This document shows, piece after piece, positions 21,986-32,000 of a DNA stretch of 32,000 nt. Each line of letters starts with the position of its first letter. Within the stretch, counting starts at the first letter, position 1. The stretch comes from Zygophlyctis sp. KS116 (lineage: Eukaryota; Fungi; Chytridiomycota): positions 26,904-58,903 of the forward strand of contig BAAFSQ010000034.1 of assembly GCA_054661495.1 (NCBI GenBank), read 5' to 3'. The position numbers and the translations under genes are program-made. The notes beneath the pieces were generated by a model. It searched no databases and was not told the DNA's origin. It saw only the letters and a list, made by a program, of their open reading frames with translations.

Positions 21986-22765
21986 ATGACAATTGATTTA
22001 TCGTTTGCTGGATCTCTTTCAAAGACTGGATGTCTAATCATCCTCCATGGACTTTTCGGATCAAAACAAAATTGGGGATCTATAGTCAAGGCTCTAAACT
22101 CAAAGGGAATAAAAACGGTTGCAGTAGATTTAAGAAATCATGGAAATTCTGGTTGGGCTAAAGATATGTCTCTTTTAAATATGACTATGGACTTGATTAG
22201 ATTTATGGATAAGAATGAAATTCAAAAAGCTCATATTTTAGGACATTCTCTTGGAGGTAAAATAGCAATGAATGCTGCATTAGAATTCCCAAATAGAGTA
22301 CAATCATTAATAAGTGTAGATATGTCTCTAAAACCAAAAGATAACTCAAAGGAATTTTTATTTTACATTTATGAAATGAAAAAAGTAGTCGGTGTACAAA
22401 GTAAAAGTATTGCAGCTGATATACTCTCAAAAACAATCAAGAATCAATTGATTTTACAGTTTTTATTGACAAATTTGGTTAAAAGTGATTCAGGATATAC
22501 ATTTAGAATTAATTTAGAATCATTGGAACAATCATTACCTTTAATGCTAAAGAGTACATCTGATACTAGAAAGACTTTTGATAAAAATGTCTTATTTATT
22601 GGAGGATCAATGTCTGATTATATTAATCCAACACATCACGATTATATTAAAACTGTATTTCCAAGAGCAGATTTTGAATATTTAGAGACTGGACATTGGG
22701 TACATTATGAAAAACCTCTAGAATTTATGGGATTAGTTTATGATTTTATTAAAAATAAAGAATGA
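21986..22765 (+). CDS. Alpha/beta hydrolase, ABHD11/YbfF-like
   Basis: ILHGLFGSKQNW, DLRNHGNS, GHSLGGK nucleophile elbow and GHWVHYEKP. Confidence 0.9.
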   Translation: MTIDLSFAGSLSKTGCLIILHGLFGSKQNWGSIVKALNSKGIKTVAVDLRNHGNSGWAKDMSLLNMTMDLIRFMDKNEIQKAHILGHSLGGKIAMNAALEFPNRVQSLISVDMSLKPKDNSKEFLFYIYEMKKVVGVQSKSIAADILSKTIKNQLILQFLLTNLVKSDSGYTFRINLESLEQSLPLMLKSTSDTRKTFDKNVLFIGGSMSDYINPTHHDYIKTVFPRADFEYLETGHWVHYEKPLEFMGLVYDFIKNKE

Positions 22766-22767
22766 AT

Positions 22768-22955
22768 TTATTTATAAGCTGCTTCCAATTGTTGTAAATT
22801 TCTCTCCAAAATGTCAATATTTGATTCTAAATGGGATATTTCAGACACTGACACGCTCTCTAATACTCAAACTAGAATGAATAATTACTAAATTCCTGTA
22901 ATTGTTTCTTAAACATTTTAAGAGAGTTGTAAATTGCTAATTGTTGCGGATCCAT
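22768..22955 (-). CDS. BRK1: BRK1/HSPC300-like subunit of the SCAR/WAVE complex (52 aa; intron 22860-22888)
   Basis: Spliced MDPQQLAIYNSLKMFKKQLQEFKSVSVSEISHLESNIDILERNLQQLEAAYK aligns without gaps to the recalled BRK1 helix [42 protein letters not shown]. Not in the ORF track. Confidence 0.65.
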
Positions 22956-23106
22956 TAATTTTATTCCGGAAATCTTTCAAGGTCCGAATGGAGATTAAAA
23001 GTAGTATTTCTCCAATAGTAATATCTCAATCATTCAAAAATTTATTAATATTTATGACTATGATTCAACATGATCACTGTAAATTATTATTTTAGGATGG
23101 AAAAGA

Positions 23107-23640
23107 CTAACACCGCCTTTCCAGAGGCAAGACATGTCTTCTAATAGCTTTTGAGCAATATTGAAATATTAAAATCCATGTTGCAATATAGCAAATATAA
23201 CTGATTGATAAAATGAAAAAACTAAATATCCAAATAGGAGTGCCACAAGGAAGACTTTGACCATTATTATAATTTGCAATCATTGTATCTACTGATCCCA
23301 AAGTTATAACTATCATGCATAAAGAAACTAAAATCATTGATAGCAATAGACTCTTATCAGATTTAATAGTATTCAACGGATGAATTCTTATAGACTCTAC
23401 TTGATAAGGATCTTTACAGCGAGTGCAATAAAACTTGATATTATCTTCTGAATTTTGAGGTAATAGAGAAATATATTGATCGATACAATCCTGATGTATC
23501 CATTGAAGATCAATATCCTTGCATCCATGACATACTCTAATTAAAGGATTATCAATAGTTTCTTCTTCTTCCCAACAGCACCAGCATCGTCCTTTGCCTT
23601 CAATGTTTAGTATAAGAGAACTGTTTTCTTCATTCTTCAT
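23107..23640 (-). CDS. RING-CH (MARCH-like) membrane E3 ligase with two TM helices (alternative start 23706)
   Basis: CWCC...NPLIRVCHGC...WIHQDC...CTRC followed by two hydrophobic segments. Confidence 0.75.
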   Translation of the reverse strand: MKNEENSSLILNIEGKGRCWCCWEEEETIDNPLIRVCHGCKDIDLQWIHQDCIDQYISLLPQNSEDNIKFYCTRCKDPYQVESIRIHPLNTIKSDKSLLLSMILVSLCMIVITLGSVDTMIANYNNGQSLPCGTPIWIFSFFILSISYICYIATWILIFQYCSKAIRRHVLPLERRC

Positions 23641-23795
23641 TATGAATAATCTTATTAAAATGGAAAGGGGGGCGGCATCCAACGGCAAGGGAGAACTTCG
23701 AAACATGCAAGATAATTGATCCTTGAAAGTCAAAAGACTCTATCAAGCATAAACTCTAAAGAACATACAGTTGAGGGCTTGGTTTGACGGTCGAA

Positions 23796-25417
23796 ATGTC
23801 AAATGTTTGCGTTGAATTTGATCAGTCGTTTCCAGTTAAAAAGACTATTATCAAGACGACTCCAATGATGAGTCTTAAATCTATTGCCGTTTCTGCCTGT
23901 GAAAAGTTTGGTATTCAGGATTCTGAAAATTATGGATTAAAGTAATTTAAAATCTTAAAAATTAGATATGGACGATCAAAGGAATTGGATCTTTCTCTTT
24001 CTATTAGATTTGCTAATTTACCGGCTGGAGCTAGGTTGACATTGTGTCAAAAATCCCTTGTTGGAATACCAATGAATGTTACGATTGCTCTTCAAACGGA
24101 AGAATTTGGACGATTAGTTCAAACTTTCCCAGCAAAGACTTCATTTTGGTCTTTATTGGAATCTTTTGAATCTGAAAAGAATATCAATCTTACAAAAAGA
24201 TCTGGAATACCAAATGAAAATAATGGAGTTTGGAAATTAATTGCAAATATTGGAAAATCTCATTTGTATTTGATGCCTATTATCGTGTTTATGAATCGGG
24301 AGGTTTGTTCTTTAAAGCTTAAAATTAGTATTCAACTCTGGATGATTTGATGAAGATGACTTTAGAGGATGCTGGTATTTCTTCTGGTAATGGAGTAATT
24401 AGACTTTTGTACAAGTATGATCCATCATCTTTAAAGGACATGATTGTGAAAATTGATGAGTCAAAAACAAGAAATAGTTTTACTAATACAGTAGCTTTGT
24501 CAACTCTAGCGCCAGTAGTTAAAAATATTGAAAATTCAGGTCAATCACAACCAAAATTGGAAGAAAAGATTTCGACGCCGCCAAATAATAGCACTATTGA
24601 AACAGTAGATAAATCAAATGATGAGAATGAAATGGATTCATCTTCTCAGATGGATCGTGTTTTAAAAGTTTTTAAACCAATTCCAGATAATCATATGATG
24701 CCTAAATGTAACTAAAAGTATTTAACCAAAAGTTGATTTACCGGATACTTTTTTTGAACTCTCATCTACAGAGCTTAAATATCTTTTATCTAATTTTGAA
24801 CATCGCAAGAATCAAGAAGAAAATTTGGGCTTCAAAACCAAGAGTATGAGAGAAAGAGAACAGGCTGTTAAATCCCAAAAGTATCCGAAAACATGTATCA
24901 GAGTACGTTTTCCTGATCAATATGTATTACAATTGACATTTTTTTCTCAGGAAAAGGGTAATAGTGGAATTTTTAAAAAGCAATAGTCTCTCAGCTGTAT
25001 CAAGTGATTAGCAACTCATTAGAGAAGTGTGATGAAACTTTTAGTCTATATGTAACACCACCAATGACTATTTTAGATCCTGAAAAAACGTTTTGGGCCT
25101 TGTCACTCTCCCCTGCATCTGTGGTATATGTTGGGTGGAAAAATGCACCAGATAAAACTCGTAAGTTTATGACTTTTAATACTTTCCTAGAAAAAGTACC
25201 ATTTAAACTTCAAAGAACACTATTAGAAACGGCAGAACCATTTCCAATTGTAGAAAGTATACCTGTGGCTGATGCAATATCAACTGAAGTAGAGGATAAG
25301 TCGGCGTCTGAAGATTTTAGAATCCAAAAAACTGTCGTGGTTGGGGAGGAATCTTCAGAATCACCAAAGACAAAGGCACGACAGCTTCCTAAATGGCTCA
25401 AGCTAGGCAAATCATGA
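23796..25417 (+). CDS. TUG/ASPSCR1 (Ubx4-like) UBX-domain protein; 5 introns
   Basis: IKTTPMMSL...LDLSLSIRFANLPAGARL (TUG-UBL1), DLPDTFFELS, KYPKTCIRVRFPD (UBX) and PKWLKLGK end. Introns at 23942-23965, 24303-24328, 24708-24732, 24958-24986 and 25161-25190. Confidence 0.88.
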
Positions 25418-25576
25418 TTCATGCTTAACTAAATATAACAATTGAGTTATTTAATAATTATATTGATTAATTTCAGTCTATTTTTAGAATATGGCACATC
25501 GCCGCTGTTTAGCAATCTATTATTAGAAAACGGCTAAATTTAAATATATGCGGCACTGTCTTCATCTATTAAAAAA

Positions 25577-26534
25577 ATGCAAGTTGCAACTCCATTACAA
25601 ATATTAGCAGAGGCCATTCCAAAAAATACTGGTGAATCTCTATTCACTCCCTCTCTTAAGGACGGGTAACTGAATTTATGACTTATGATTTAGTACAAAG
25701 AGAAAGATTGATCAAGTTGACACTGAAAAATCCAATCAAAATGAGGATTATCAAGAACAAGATAAGAAAAGAGTTAACAGCTTATCAGGATCTTCTCCAT
25801 CAGTATCATCTTCATCTGATGCAGCAAACGCAGCAAATCTGGCAGATCAGTTGCAGTTAAGTATAAAACTCAAGGAACAACAAGAAGCTTTGATCAATGC
25901 CCGCCGTGCATCTACAGTCCATTCTCCAAATGTCTATCAATTCCCTGGACAGCCAATGTCTCCTCCAAAAGTTCGTAGGGATAGTTTCCGAATGCAATCT
26001 GCAGCCTCTGTGTCTCCAAGACGAGAAGAGAATACAAACGGCCTAAAAATTAGGACAGAGTCTCCATTTAGTTCTTTGCCATCATTTCCAAAGCCTTTAA
26101 TGACTCCTCAAGGTAGAACTATGCAGCAGCCAAATCTATCCCCATCTGTAAATCCTAGTTATGTCAGGCGTGCTCATGGATCACCTATAAACCGACATCA
26201 ATTCATTCATTTTTTTGATTCTGTATTTGATTCATTTGAAAAAACTGATCAGCTCAGTATGATTCTTAATGAACAAATTCAACAATCTAATAGTTTAATT
26301 CAAGTGCTTCGGGCCTCTGGAAATACTATTGAAAATCTTGTTGCAAAACATTTCAAAGAAATGCAATCAAAGATTACTGAAAAATATGCATTGGCTTTAA
26401 CTGATCTAAATCGGCGTCTAAAGGCTATTGAGGAAAGATTGGATATTCCTCCAATGTCTGCGAGGATTAGAACACCCTCTCCAAAAGTTGAAGGAAATGG
26501 TGTTCGTCAAATAGATCAGTTGGTTAACAAATAG
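25577..26534 (+). CDS. Hypothetical protein with an S/P-rich disordered region and C-terminal coiled coil; intron 25666-25693
   Basis: Splicing joins MQVATPLQILAEA...KDG to the 25851 ORF frame. The C-terminal block FIHFFDSVFD...LNEQIQQS...DLNRRLKAIE is helical. Confidence 0.7.
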
Positions 26535-26642
26535 TCTTTGCAAATCATATGCTTATTATGAATTTTATATAGAAATGTTTGGAATTTAAACGTTTGTACG
26601 ATTGCTGACGTCAATCAGACTGAGATTTTTCCGTAGATATTC

Positions 26643-29042
26643 ATGGCATCCGAGGACATAATTCAACATATTATCAGAGATATTGTTGCTAAATCGTCTG
26701 TTGTATTGCGACAGGAAAAGACCAATGCAACTCAGTTAGTGCTTGATAGCGATACCATTGCCAAAGATGTGTTTGTTGGCGGAATCTTATCATATAATCA
26801 AAATACAATTGTAACGGATACATTAGCTGCTTTTGTAATAAGATCGGTAGTTTTAGATCCCAACAATGGGTTTGGATCAGAACAAGAAATGTCAACACAG
26901 GAAGTTGATAGACTCATAGATGTGATACAATAATCATTAATTATAGATTTGTGTTCAGAAAATAACAAGTAAACGGTCAATATCAATGGAGACGGTTAAA
27001 ATGCAAGTTTATTTTGATACAACTTTTCCAGCACAAGGTTAAATTAATCAATTCTAAGAACTAGGCGACTTTTTGCATAGAGAAAAGGTGACTAGAGATC
27101 GAGCATGTGCGCCATTGCTGTCTGAAATTATCGACATTAAAACTAAATCTGTTGCATCTTATGAGAGTCTTTTTAGGAAGATTGTATCATACTTACTTCT
27201 CAAATTTCATGCTGGGAATCCGACAGATTTAAGAGTCGTTCGAGAAACTACAGGTATGTATCATTAGCGGTTTAATCGAATAGCTGCTCTTGAATCAGTA
27301 TTTCCTCAAAGCGAATTACGCACCTTCATTTCTCTTTCTAGATCAGATAAGGAAGATCAGCTATTTGGATCATCCCAATTAGTTACCGGGATAAGATTAT
27401 TTAACAGGAAAATTGGAAAAGGAGGAGAGAGTATAGAATCAAGTATATTGCTATTTTCTAATTTTAGTTCCGGAAATGTGTCTGAATGAGCTTCAGCGGT
27501 TGACTGATGTGATGGATGAAATGACTAAGCAGGCAGAAAGTACAATAGAAACTATTTCTGGTAATTTTACAACGTTTTGAAAATCAGCAATTATGGAATT
27601 TAATTATAGTAATCCCGATTCAGAAATAAGTGCTCTTGCTCTCAACGATTATAAAGCTGCTTTAGCTGGAAATCGTCAATTGGTAATATATTTGGATGCA
27701 ATGAGGGTATTAATTCGGAAGTTTTATATATAGGAACAAACAGAAGTGATAAAGAACACTCTTGTATCGATTTCAGAGGCTTTTGAAGAAATTTTTACAG
27801 ATATAAAGAATGCATGTCGAGCTAAGACTGCAGTTCCAGTTGATCAAGTTTATGTAAATTTTAAATAGTTAAAGAAAGCCCTTATTTATCAAAATGGCTG
27901 AATTTTGGAGAAAATGGACCGATGAGTTATTTTTGCTGATGTTTCGTCGTGGAATTTTAGAATCTCTTCGTTTCTATTTAAAGGTTTTTTATTTTATTGT
28001 AAATTTATAGTCATTTGCTCTTGAAATTGATGAACAATTACTGGATGAAATCAAACTATATCGCAGAGATATTGAGCCTGAAATTCTTCCCAGTAAGCCT
28101 TCAAATATTTACATTTTAGATAATAAGATTATTGCCCAAGCTTCTGAATTAATGAGTCGAATTTCATTAATCAACAAATCTATTGAAGTTCTTCATCCTG
28201 GAAACACTGCACAATATGGTCAAATTCGTGCAGAATATGGAGTAAGTTTGAAACATTTTATTTTTAGGGATTTTGTCCACATGCACTGATTGAAAAGGAC
28301 GGACTTATCCTTCCAGGCGATAGAAGTTTTGGTCTTTTGAGATATCATGATCGTGTATTTACATTTTCGACTCTTCAAGGTGCCATAGAGTTCTCTAGAG
28401 ATCCTGAAAAGTATTTAAAATCTTTTTAAAATATTAGATATATACAAGGTGTTTTAACCCAAGCAAAAGAGCATTATGATTTTGTTCAATTACTTCAATT
28501 ATATGGATATTTCCCTACAGTAGAAGCTTTAGAAAAAGTAATTTATATATTTATTCAAATATTATAGGCCAAATCCTTTACCAGACAAAGATTATTGGGA
28601 CAAAAATCCATGACAACAGAAATAGGAACACAAGTTGATACACATATTACAGATACATATATTGATGTCAAATATCGATGGAATGAATGGGAATTACGAA
28701 GACATGCATTGTTACTAGTAAACTTGAAAACCAAAAAAACCCATTCTTCTCAGACCAACATATCAAACTTTCGCCGTGAAAGTGAGACTCAACACTATAA
28801 TCAAAGGTAATTTTTAAAAAATTAAACATCTTAGATCTCAAAACACACAAACAAAATCAAGTTCATCAAGCAATGTTCCTAAAACTGTGAATTATCTATC
28901 ATGTCTTCGACATCCAGTTTTAGATCCTATTCCAATGTCACCATTCAAGTTATTTGAAAAGCCAGAGAAAAAGACAAATTTCAAAGTCATTGATCTTACA
29001 TTAGATGGTGGATATCATCCGTCGTACTATACAAAGAAATAA
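26643..29042 (+). CDS. CFAP206: Cilia- and flagella-associated protein 206; 13 introns of 25-30 nt
   Basis: ETTAALESVFPQSEL, LVTGIRLFNR, KTAVPVDQVYPLF, GFCP...GLILPG and GTQVDTH...YRWNEWELRR...KTHSSQT...FRRESETQ. Confidence 0.92.
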
Positions 29043-29115
29043 ATCTGTTTGATCATCTTGTATTTTGAGAACATAAGTACTTATTGGGTGAATGCCAAGG
29101 CTTGAGTTATAACTG

Positions 29116-30847
29116 ATGAAACGAAAACTCATCAAATGTCCTCTTTGTTTGGATGATTTAACCGATGCTAGTCTATCAAAGTGCGGCCATTCCTTTTGGT
29201 ATTCTTGACAAACTAACAAAAAGTAAAGATTGTATTTTATCTCATCTTAAAACTACACTAAAATGCCCAGTCTGTAATTTAGAATTATCTTGTGCAGACA
29301 TTTATCCAAATCCGATTTTAAATCAAATTCTAAATTCTCAAGAAAATAATTCATTTGAGAATAATCAATTGGAAAATTCAAAGGAAAATAATGGTCTGGA
29401 ATTCTTTTTAAAATCAGTCATGGAGAAGAAATCTCTCTCTATTTTACAATTACAAAAAGAATTAGAGACTCTAAAACAGGACTACTCGTCAATCTCGAAA
29501 TCAACCATGACCCTCCCAACTGAAATGCAAGAAAGGATACTTGGACACCAGAGTGATTTGGAAAATGTTTACTTTAAGAAAAGAGATATGAGAGATTTCT
29601 CAAAAGACTTACAGATTTTTTCTAAATTTTCTAAATTCAGGACATCAGCAGTTTTACATTATGCAGATAATTTTTTTAATTATGCTTCTTCTATCGTGTC
29701 TTCTATAGAATTTGATAAAGATGATGAATATTTTGCGATTGCAGGAGTTACTAAAAAAATTAGGATTTTTGAATTTAAAGAAGTGGTTAGAGATTATAGG
29801 AATTTTAGAAGTTCTTATAGGGGAATTGAAGATCATGAAGTAAAAAGTATTTTTTAAAAAAAAGGTTATAAATGATGGTCAAGTTCAAGTTATTGGGGAT
29901 TCAGATATGGAAGATGATCAAGTTCCAAGGTATCCAATCAAGGAAATGACGTGTAATTCAAAAATAAGTTGTCTGTCTTGGAATTGTAAAGAAAAAGGAC
30001 AATTAGTCTCTTCAGATTATGAAGGTTGTATAACTCTATGGGATGTTAGTAGTGGGAATGTAGTTTTACAGTTTGATGTATGGGAGAATTTAAAAAAACT
30101 AAAAAATAGGAACATGAAAAGAGAGCATGGAGTGTTGATTTTAGTGAATCTGATCCTCAAAGATTAGCAAGTGGTGGAGATGATTCAAAAGGTATAAAAT
30201 ACAGATTTAAAGGAAAATAGTAAAGATATGGACTACTAATAAACGGCAGTCAGTAATGACGATTGATTCAAAAGCCAATGTTTGCTCTGTTAAATTTCAT
30301 CCAATACATTCAAATTTTATTGCATTTGGATCTGCTGATCATCATGTTCATTATTATGATCTTCGCAATTTAAAAGAACCTTTTCATATATTTCGTGGAC
30401 ATAAGAAGGCTGCATCTTATGTAAAATTTACTTCTGCAACTGAACTTGTTTCTGCATCTACTGATTGTACATTAAAATTATGGTCTATTCCAGAGTCTAT
30501 TTCTTCTCAGATTTCTAAAAATGTATTATCCTTTGTTGGACATACCAATGAAAAGAATTTTGTTGGTCTTAGTGTAAATTCAACTGGTACTCTTATTTAT
30601 TAAAAAATTAGGTGATTTTATTGCATGTGGAAGTGAAACTAATGAAGTCTTTATATATCATTCTAAACTTTCACATCCTGTATTTACACATAAATTTGGC
30701 AATAATATTGATTCAATATCAGGAGAAGAGAGTAAGGAAGATGATCCTTCTCAGTTTGTATCTAGTCTATGCTTTAAGCGTAATAATCCAAACATTCTCT
30801 TGGCAGCTAATTCTCAGGGAAGAATAAAAGTGTTGGAGATGGGTTAG
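29116..30847 (+). CDS. COP1: COP1/RFWD2 E3 ligase (RING, coiled coil, WD40); introns 29199-29223, 29840-29864, 30078-30109, 30192-30220 and 30587-30611
   Basis: CPLC...CGHSFCKDCI...CPVC RING, then the COP1-type WD40 motifs [62 protein letters not shown] and AANSQG. Confidence 0.92.
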
Positions 30848-30862
30848 GAAATCACATTGATT

Positions 30863-31570
30863 TATTTAAAAGAATCGATTGAAAAAGTACGAAGAGATTG
30901 TGAAGCTGATAGACATCCATCCGACATTTGAAATTCACGTCCTTCTTCCAATGCTCTGGGATAGACAGAAAATATCCTGGTTCAAATCTTGATAGACCTC
31001 AGCTTGAGTCAAAAACCACGGAGATAAATGCGTGCATGCTCCTGAGACGTTTTCGTCGTAAAGAGTGATTGAACCACAGAATTCTTGAAATCAATACATT
31101 TGTCCTTGAATTCAGCTTCAAAGACTGTTTCACCGAGCAGACTATTCAATCGATTTCTGTCATTTGAAGGGGGTTCATACGCAATAAGAAAACGAGCATT
31201 TTGACAAAGGAGCGAATTTAAAGAGAAGCTTGTTCGTGAGAGTAATTAGGATTGCCTTGGCCAAATTTGGTTCGTCGAAGAATGTGAAGAGTTTCCTTTG
31301 TGGCAAGATTAAAGAAGAAGTATTCTCTTGTTTTTTCCAATGTATGCGTAGCTCCACGGCCATCTGAACATCTCTTTTGTCTGTCTTGGAGGCGTGATGA
31401 TTTTGAAGAGATTTTAAACTAGATTCAGAGCCATTGTTAATGGGATTGTTTTTGGCATTCTGTTCCTTGACATATTCCTTGTGAACGGGACAAAAGTGAT
31501 ACTGTCCACCGCGAATTAATCCAGTAGTTTCTTGACAATAAAAACAGTTCAATCCAAGTTTCGATGCATC
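30863..31570 (-). pseudogene. Decayed gene relic with a Cys/His-rich N-terminal motif
   Basis: LNCFYCQ...HFCPVH frame lacks an ATG. After a frameshift near 31200 the second frame (RFLIAYEP...REFQMSDGCLSASQSL) contains two in-frame TGA codons. Contains repeat copy B. Confidence 0.55.
30892..30941 (-). repeat. Dispersed repeat copy B (partner at 872-921)
   Basis: Reverse complement gacgtgaatttcaaatgtcggatggatgtctatcagcttcacaatctctt is 45/50 identical to 872-921. Confidence 0.85.
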
Positions 31571-31706
31571 GACTCTCTAATATATTAGAAACTTCTAAAA
31601 AGAATTCTCTCTCAGAATCCAATGCAGCACCAAAAGGGTGGCGCAAACATTGGTGTTGGAAATGTTTGAGTAAAAAACGACGTCAGGCGTTGACGTGGAA
31701 TTTTAA

Positions 31707-32000
31707 ATGAGTTCCGAAACCAAAGTTGTAGATCCAAATCAAAGAAAGCATAGTTTAAATTACATTGCCAAATCATTGATTGCTGGCGGAATAGCAGGAT
31801 GTGCCGCAAAGACTTTTATTGCACCATTTGATCGGTAACCGTTGTATTCTTATCAATAGAGTAAAGATCTTGTTCCAAACATCAAATCCACAGTTTGAAC
31901 GATTCTCAGGTACTTTGAATTCATAAGAAAAAGGAACATTTTTTGGAGTATTTAGAGCAGCGAATGCAATCTTTCAAGAATCTGGGATTTTGGGACTTTA
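31707..32000 (+). CDS. LEU5: Mitochondrial CoA carrier (Leu5/SLC25A42-like), 3'-truncated by window; introns 31835-31859 and 31910-31933
   Basis: [40 protein letters not shown] carries the Px(D/E)xxK carrier signature in a Leu5-type context. Confidence 0.85.

Noticed and set aside
22988-23110. Short plus-strand ORF MEIKSSISP... between BRK1 and RING-CH
   Set aside because: About 36 codons with no motif. The only candidate intron is 17 nt, below the observed range.
5443-25190. Idea that all introns of 3n length carry in-frame stops (NMD safeguard)
   Set aside because: Many do, but 8194-8217, 9632-9661, 16298-16324 and 25161-25190 are 3n and stop-free, so there is no strict rule in this sample.
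2468-30847. Apparent cluster of ubiquitin/SUMO genes (F-box, HECT, Ulp, RING-CH, UBX, COP1) and of ciliary genes
   Set aside because: These are large functional classes interspersed with unrelated genes, so there is no evidence for a functional cluster.
1983-31809. Many short antisense or alternate-frame ORFs in the track (for example 1983-2240, 5820-6029, 7733-7963, 10738-11082, 20143-20499 extension, 31612-31809)
   Set aside because: They are shadows of real genes or repeat-derived frames with no independent motifs.

Overview
AT-rich, extremely gene-dense eukaryotic DNA. It is most consistent with a zoosporic (chytrid-type) fungus, inferred from fungal-type housekeeping genes plus the flagellar genes DNAAF4, STPG1 and CFAP206 and a divergent BRK1. 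I read about 23 protein-coding genes, broken by roughly 70 very short spliceosomal introns (23-32 nt, spliced by hand), which is why the ORF track is fragmented. Genes in order: DNAAF4 (3' end), FCF2, F-box protein, GEMIN8-like, RKI1, PDI (ERp38/TigA type), Rieske/AIF-like oxidoreductase, EI24, STPG1, AZUL-HECT E3, Ulp/SENP protease, fasciclin, MsrB, PWWP/Tudor-like, CBS protein, EAF7, ABHD11-like hydrolase, BRK1-like, RING-CH, TUG/UBX, coiled-coil hypothetical, CFAP206, COP1, LEU5-type carrier (5' end). Intergenic spacing is often under 30 nt, and two convergent gene pairs share one palindromic TTAA as both stop codons. The only long gaps hold decayed, apparently intronless relics, two of them Crinkler-like (NTPase and PD-(D/E)XK nuclease). 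Two relic regions 30 kb apart share a 50-nt segment at 90% identity. No RNA genes or CRISPR arrays were recognised. All gene identities come from recalled motifs, not database searches.
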